64,000 bases of DNA. Source: Macrostomum lignano (Eukaryota). A program made the position numbers and the translations under genes. Numbering within the stretch: the stretch's first letter is position 1; each line of letters starts with the position of its first letter. The notes beneath the pieces were generated by a model. It saw nothing but the letters and a program-made list of their open reading frames with translations. It was not told the origin of the DNA and ran no database searches. The stretch lies in assembly GCA_002269645.1 (NCBI GenBank), contig NIVC01000575.1, forward strand, positions 248,001 through 312,000, in the 5' to 3' direction. Positions 56,071-64,000 of this stretch are shown piece by piece.

Positions 56071-59000
56071 ATGAATTCGAACGGATTCAACTTGTTCAAC
56101 CAGACGTCCTCGGCCTCGCTGTCCATGCTGCACAACATGCAGGGCTACGCGGCAGCCGCCGCTGCAGCCGCCGCTGCTGCCTCAGCGAAGATGCAGCCAG
56201 GCCAGCCTGGGGGCGCCTATCCCTATATGCAGTCGGCAGGACATGGGCATCAGCACCTGCAACAGCAGCAGCAACAACAGCGACTTCCGCATCATCAGCA
56301 TCACCATGCCTATCAGCGCCAGCCGCATCCTCATCATCATCTCCAGCCGCCACCGCCACCAGCACCGCCGCCGCCGCCACCTCCGCAGCTGAAGCTGGCG
56401 GCAGCGCAGGTTTTCCCGGCCGGGCTGCACGCGATCGGAGCTCAAGTGGACGGCCGGCTGATTGCGGCCAGGGCCGCTCCGCCGCCTCCGCCTCCACCAC
56501 CGCCGCCACCACCGCTTCAACCGCCCGACTCGAGAGCCTCAGGGGAGACCGGCGACTTTGTCGAGACAAGTCTCGAAGGCAAAGCCATCTACGCATTTGT
56601 TGTTGGAGGCGAAAAGCGACTGTGCCTGCCGCAGGTGCTAAACAATGTGCTGCTGCGGGCGGGGGTCACCTTGGCGGACATCAACCGGGTCTGCGAGGAG
56701 CTTAACATCTACTGCCAGCGCTGCACCAGCAACCAGATGAACCTGCTGCAGCAGCGCCGCGTGTTCGGGCCTCGCCTAGAGAACTGCGGCCTCATCACAA
56801 AGTCGGACGCTGAACGGCTGTGCAAGTGGCTGCTGCTGAACAGCCCGGATCTGCCGCGCTACCAAGGCTCGCTTACCGGGCTGGATGGAGCCTGCGTTTA
56901 CCACCGCTGCTTCGGCAAGCAGCGCGGCTTCCTCATTCCCCGGCTGTACACCTGCCCGGAGGCGCCGTGTATCGTGTGCTCGGGCTGCTCCGGCTTGTTG
57001 TCGCCAGCCCAGTTTGTCGGACACGTCCACGTGCGGCCGGAGCGGGAGACCTGCCACTGGGGCTTCGATTCGACCAAATGGCGGCTGTACCTCATGCTGG
57101 ACAGGCGGCTGGCCGAGCGGGACTCGGACAGTCAGGAGAGAACGCTGGAGGCTGTGAAGGCCAGATTTGAGGCCAGGAAGCGGCCAGGGATGCTGCTGGT
57201 GAGTTGTTCCCTAAATTCATGTTTGAATGCCATTTCGGTATCGGGACCATCCGGTACCATTTCGGTATCGGGACCAACTGGTGCCATTTCGGTATCGGGA
57301 CCAACTGGTGCCATTTCGGTATCGGGACCATCTGGTACCATTTCGGTATCGGGACCAACTGGTGCCATTTCGGTATCGGGACCATCTGGTACCATTTCGG
57401 TATCGGGACCATCTGGTACCATTTCGGTATCGGGACCATCCGGTGCCATTTCGGTATCGGGACCATCTGGTACCATTTCGGTATCGGGACTTACTGGTGC
57501 CATTTCGGTATCGGGACCATCTGGTACCATTTCGGTATCGGGACCATCCGGTGCCATTTCGGTATCGGGACCATCCGGTGCCATTTCGGTATCGGGACCA
57601 TCTGGTACCATTTCGGTATCGGGACTTTCTGGTGCCATTTCGGTATCGGGACCATCTGGTACCATTTCGGTATCGGGACCATCCGGTGCCATTTCGGTAT
57701 CGGGACCATCCGGTGCCATTTCGGTATCGGGACCATCCGGTGCCATTTCGGTATTGGGACCAACTGGTGCCATTTCGGTATCGGGACCATCTGGTACCAT
57801 TTCGGTATCGGGACTAACTGGCGCCATTTCGGTATCGGGACCATCCGGTGCCATTTCGGTATCGGAACCATTCGATGCCATTTCGGTATCGGGACTTACT
57901 GGTGCCATTTCGGTATCGGGACCAACTGGTGCCATTTCGGTATCGGGACCATCCGGTGCCATTTCGGTATCGGGACCATCCGGTGCCATTTCGGTATCGG
58001 GACCATCCGGTGCCATTTCGGTATTGGGACCAACTGGTGCCATTTCGGTATCGGGACCATCTGGTACCATTTCGGTATCGGGACTAACTGGCGCCATTTC
58101 GGTATCGGGACCATCCGGTGCCATTTCGGTATCGGAACCATTCGATGCCATTTCGGTATCGGGACTTACTGGTGCCATTTCGGTATCGGGACCAACTGGT
58201 GCCATTTCGGTATCGGAACCAACTGGTGCCATTTCGGTATCGGGTCATTCGGTATCAGATCCCTGGAATATAATTCATTGCATTCTGTCATTGCAGCCCG
58301 TTGCCAATGGAAACCATCACGGAGTCGGTCCCGAGTCAGAGGCAAAACGGCACAAGCTGCTCAACAACAGCAGACGGTGCCACATTGAGAACGGCATCGC
58401 CACCGGGGCAATTCGTCCGATTTCGCCGTGAGTTCCTTCCTAAATTAATTTTACAGATGCTCTTTATTGCTGTCTTTTTGATACAACGCAATCGAATACC
58501 GCTGAATCGCATTTAGATGCAGCAACGGCCTTACTAGTCCGGCACAACAGTCGCAAAAGCAGCCGCCACAGCAGCAGCAGCAGCAACAAAAAGTTCCAGA
58601 AGACGAAGAGAAGCCATCGGCGCTGCTCAGTCCCGACAGCTCGTCGCAGCAGGAGCAGAAGACCGCACCAGCAGCAGCAGCAACTGCAGAATCGAGGCAA
58701 GTGCAACCCCAGGAATTTGCGCCTAATATTCGACTTAATCAGGCTGCCGGGCCGGCGCCTCCTTCGGCTGCGGCAAAATCGTCGGCCGAGGCCTTCTTGG
58801 ATCAGCTCAAGCCCGAGAAAGAGCCCAGCAGCCCGATGACGCTCGAAGGTGAGCAGAAGCAGTTGGTTCCTGTTTGGAGCCATCACTCCTATCTACCCTC
58901 TCTCATCTCTTCTCCTTCACCTTTGACTCATTTGCTGGTCGGCGCATATTTTCGTAGCTGAGCTCGGAAAGTGACGAGGAAATTTTCCAACTCTAGGTGT

Positions 59001-60019
59001 AGCGAAGCCAATGGTGCAGTCACGTTTAGCTCGCTGTTGTCGCGTAGAGAATGCGAAATCTAGAATCGATACTATGGAGGCTTTAGCTCTCTCTCTCTCT
59101 CCCTCGTTGTTTCCCTCTGCACTCCCAGTCTAGGCCCAGATACAGACACAAAAACAACACATAGAGAACACAAGCGATAGTCACGAGATCGAACTGTTAC
59201 CTCCGCCCGTGTAGAAAAAGCTCACCTCCATTACAGCGCAGCTTCTACCGCCACTTCGATACTGGGGAGACTCAGCGCTACATTTTGACAAGGCCATTTG
59301 TATTCATAGCTAGAAGAAGGATGTTTTTACGTTAGCGGAAATGAGCAGCAGGTTAACAGAAAACTGAGCGAGATTGGCTAGATTAGCAATCCACTAGCGA
59401 GATTAGCAATCCACTAGCGAGATTCGCAATCCACTAGCGAGATTAGCAATCCACTAGCGAGATTTGCAATCCACTAGCGAGATTAGCAATCCACTAGCGA
59501 GATTAGCAATCCACTAGCGAGATTAGCAATCCACTCTACTCCTTCGCAGAGTCCATCGCATCCGACTGGGAGTCGCTTACCGACTGGGGCGAAGGCCACC
59601 TGCCAGAGAAGGCCACCCCGCAGTTTCTGGCCATGGTGGAGAAGGTCAAGTCGGGTTATCAGGCTCGCATCGACGGCCTGCAGCAGGTCCTCGACCGGCT
59701 AACGGGGCGCTGCGCCCAGGTCGAGGTCGATCGGGACGAGTTGGCGCGCCTTCGCCGGCAAGTTGAGGAGCTTCGCTCGCCGGATGTGCGGCGGCTGCGG
59801 GCGAAATACGACGCCCAGAAGGAGGAGCTGCAGCGGCTTCGGGCGGCGGTCCAGGGCTACGGCGACGGCGACGTCAATGGCTGCAGCAACGGCGACGGCA
59901 AGCTTGGTAACGGCAGCGTCGAAGCGGCGATCGAGGAGGAGGGGGCAGAAGAGGAGCCGCCGGCGCTGGAGCTGCAGTGCGCCGCCTCCAATGGCCACCA
60001 GCTTCCCTCGCCGCAGTGA
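56071..60019 (+). CDS. SKI: SKI/SnoN family transcriptional co-repressor, ~686 aa; exons 56071-57198, 58297-58427, 58517-58848, 59550-60019
   Basis: DHD domain (LEGKAIYAFVVGGEKRLCLPQVLNNVL...CGLITKSDAERLC), SMAD4-binding SAND-like domain (VYHRCFGKQRG...TCHWGFDSTKWRLYL) and a C-terminal coiled coil. GT-AG junctions are phase-compatible (2061 nt). Confidence 0.93.
57229..58250. repeat. 27-bp minisatellite (GGTGCCATTTCGGTATCGGGACCATCC), ~38 copies, filling SKI intron 1
   Basis: Direct inspection. Confidence 0.97.
59381..59535. repeat. 20-bp minisatellite (GATTAGCAATCCACTAGCGA), ~7.5 copies
   Basis: Ends ~15 bp before the acceptor of SKI exon 4. Confidence 0.95.
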
Positions 60020-60604
60020 TGGAGGCTGGGGCGCCTCTCTGAGCTACTAGAATTATATATATATAAACTAACACACTCAGGGCTCAGGCAAGGACTACTA
60101 ATATTTGGAATTTCGTCTGGATTAGAATCTAGTCCAGTCCGGATAAAATACTCTACAAAGTCTGTTGGACGCGTGCGCACAGACACGCTAATACGAGTAT
60201 TTATGTTTAATTGGGAGGCTGTATTATCTGTGTCGCCATCAGCTCGCATAATCCCCATACCAAAAAAGCAAATCAATATCTGACCGACGTCAACTTCCCG
60301 CCTGGACGAACAGCATTCTCATCTGTTTTCTGTATTTACATCATAAAGAGCAGATTTTGTTGCTTCTAAACGTCACACTGTTTATTATTGGGCAATTTAT
60401 TTCAAGACATGCAGGTAGCAGTCTGGCTATTGTGTTCAATGCTTTTTGTGCGTATTGAAAAATATGCATTCATAATTGTTTAAACTAATCATCTATATGC
60501 TACCTCCCATTCCCTATCCTCGCGTGTTATAATGATTAATTCAGATTGTTATAGACTGTATTGTAAGGCAGCTTCTCAGGCCCCTGCATGTCGCTACAGA
60601 ACTC

Positions 60605-61370
60605 TGCCCCTCTCTCCCTCTCTCCCCCTCTCTCCCTCTCTCCCCTCTCTCTCCCACTCTCCCCCGCTTTCTCCCTCTCTCTCCCACTCTCCCCCGCTCT
60701 CTCCCTCTCTCTCCCACTCTCCCTCTCTCTCCTCTCTCTCTCCCTCTCTCTCCCTCTCTCTCCTCTTTCTCACTCTCTCTCCCCTCTCTCCCTCTCTCTC
60801 CCTCCCTCTCCCTCTCTCTCCCTCTCTCTCCCTCTCTCTCCCTCTCTTTCCCTCCTCCCCCTCTCTCTCCCTCTCTCCCTCTCTCTCCTCTTTCTCACTC
60901 TCTCTCCCCTCTCTCCCTCTCTCTCCCTCCCTCTCCCTCTCTCTCCCTCTCTCTCCCTCTCTCTCCCTCTCTTTCCCTCCCTCCCCCTCTCTCTCCCTCT
61001 CTCCCTCTCTCTCCTCTTTCTCACTCTCTCTCCCCTCTCTCCCTCTCTCTCCCTCCCTCTCCCTCTCTCTCCCTCTCTCTCCCTCTCTCTCCCTCCCTCC
61101 CCCTCTCTCTCCCTCTCTCCCTCTCTCTCCCTCTCTCTCCCGCTCTCTCTCCTCTTTCTCACTCTCTCTCCCCTCTCTCTCCCACTCCTCCCCGCTCTCT
61201 CCCTCTCCCCTCTTTCTCACTCTCTCTCCCATCTCTCTCCCCCTCTCTCCCTCTATCTTCTCTATCTCCCTCTCTCCCCTTCTCTCCCCCTCTGTCTCCT
61301 CTCTACCTCTCTGCCCCTCTCTCTCTCTCCTTCTCTCTCTCTACATCCCTCTCTCTCTCCCTCCCTCTAT
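60605..61370. repeat. Polypyrimidine (CT-rich) low-complexity tract
   Basis: Direct inspection. Confidence 0.95.
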
Positions 61371-61559
61371 CCAATGTACTATTAACGCGTCGGCCCAGAT
61401 CAAAGCAGGTTGGACTTTGAGAGAAGGCCAGATCGAGAGTTTGTAAAATAGTTTTGTAGCGAGATGGAATGATGCAAATTCAGGGCATCCACTTCCTCTC
61501 TCTCTCTCTCTATCTGGTTACAAGTCTCAGCAGCCTTCCCCTCGTATAGCTTTAACCAC

Positions 61560-63720
<2,161 letters not shown>

Positions 63721-63754
63721 ATGCTGCAGCTGCTCAGAGCTTGATGAATGTGCT

Positions 63755-64000
63755 CAGTCAGTCAGTCAGTCAGTCAGTCAGTCAGTCAGTCAATCAGTCA
63801 GTCAGTCAATCAGTCAATCAGTCAGTCAGTCAGTCAGTCAGTCAATCAATCAGTCAGTCAGTCAGTCAGTCAGTCAGTCAGTCAGTCAGTCAGTCAGTCA
63901 GTCAGTCAGTCAGTCACCCACTCACTCAAGTCAGTCAGTCAGTCAGTCAGTCAGTCAGTCAGTCAGTCAATCAGTCAGTCAGTCAGTCAGTCAGTCAGTC
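63755..64000. repeat. (GTCA)n microsatellite, imperfect
   Basis: Direct inspection; runs off the window edge. Confidence 0.97.

Noticed and set aside
57092-58388. Alternative-frame ORFs (HFGIGT, DGPDTEM, VPFRYRD, MVPIPKW repeats)
   Set aside because: A 27-bp unit keeps most frames open automatically; there is no independent start or splice support.
60532-61446. Ser/Leu/Pro and Glu/Arg/Gly ORFs
   Set aside because: Translations of a CT-rich low-complexity tract.

Overview
Eukaryotic (animal) genomic DNA with spliceosomal GT-AG introns. GC-rich exons, dense private minisatellites and a flatworm-type tetraspanin suggest a free-living flatworm such as Macrostomum; this is inference only. I rebuilt the genes by hand using splice-phase checks. 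Left to right: ETFA (partial, -), an intronless ~700-aa orphan ORF (-), a PRA1-family gene (-), the piRNA-pathway gene ASZ1/GASZ (-, 4 exons, with two candidate antisense ORFs nested in intron 2), an intronless divergent Sox-like HMG-box gene (-), a 6-exon tetraspanin (+), a 17-exon ~2011-aa SOGA/MTCL1-like coiled-coil gene (-) and a 4-exon SKI/SnoN gene (+). Non-coding DNA holds many micro- and minisatellites, tRNA-derived SINEs, hAT-type MITEs (one with a nested foldback/Mutator-like element) and decayed retroelements. There is no CRISPR array, rRNA or intact tRNA. The most notable observations are the orphan ORF, a stop-free in-frame repeat intron in SKI, inverted SINEs flanking four SOGA exons, a C3H zinc-finger-like motif on the SOGA-like protein, the ORFs nested in GASZ, and two GC-AG introns. 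No database searches were run; all homology calls are from recalled motifs.
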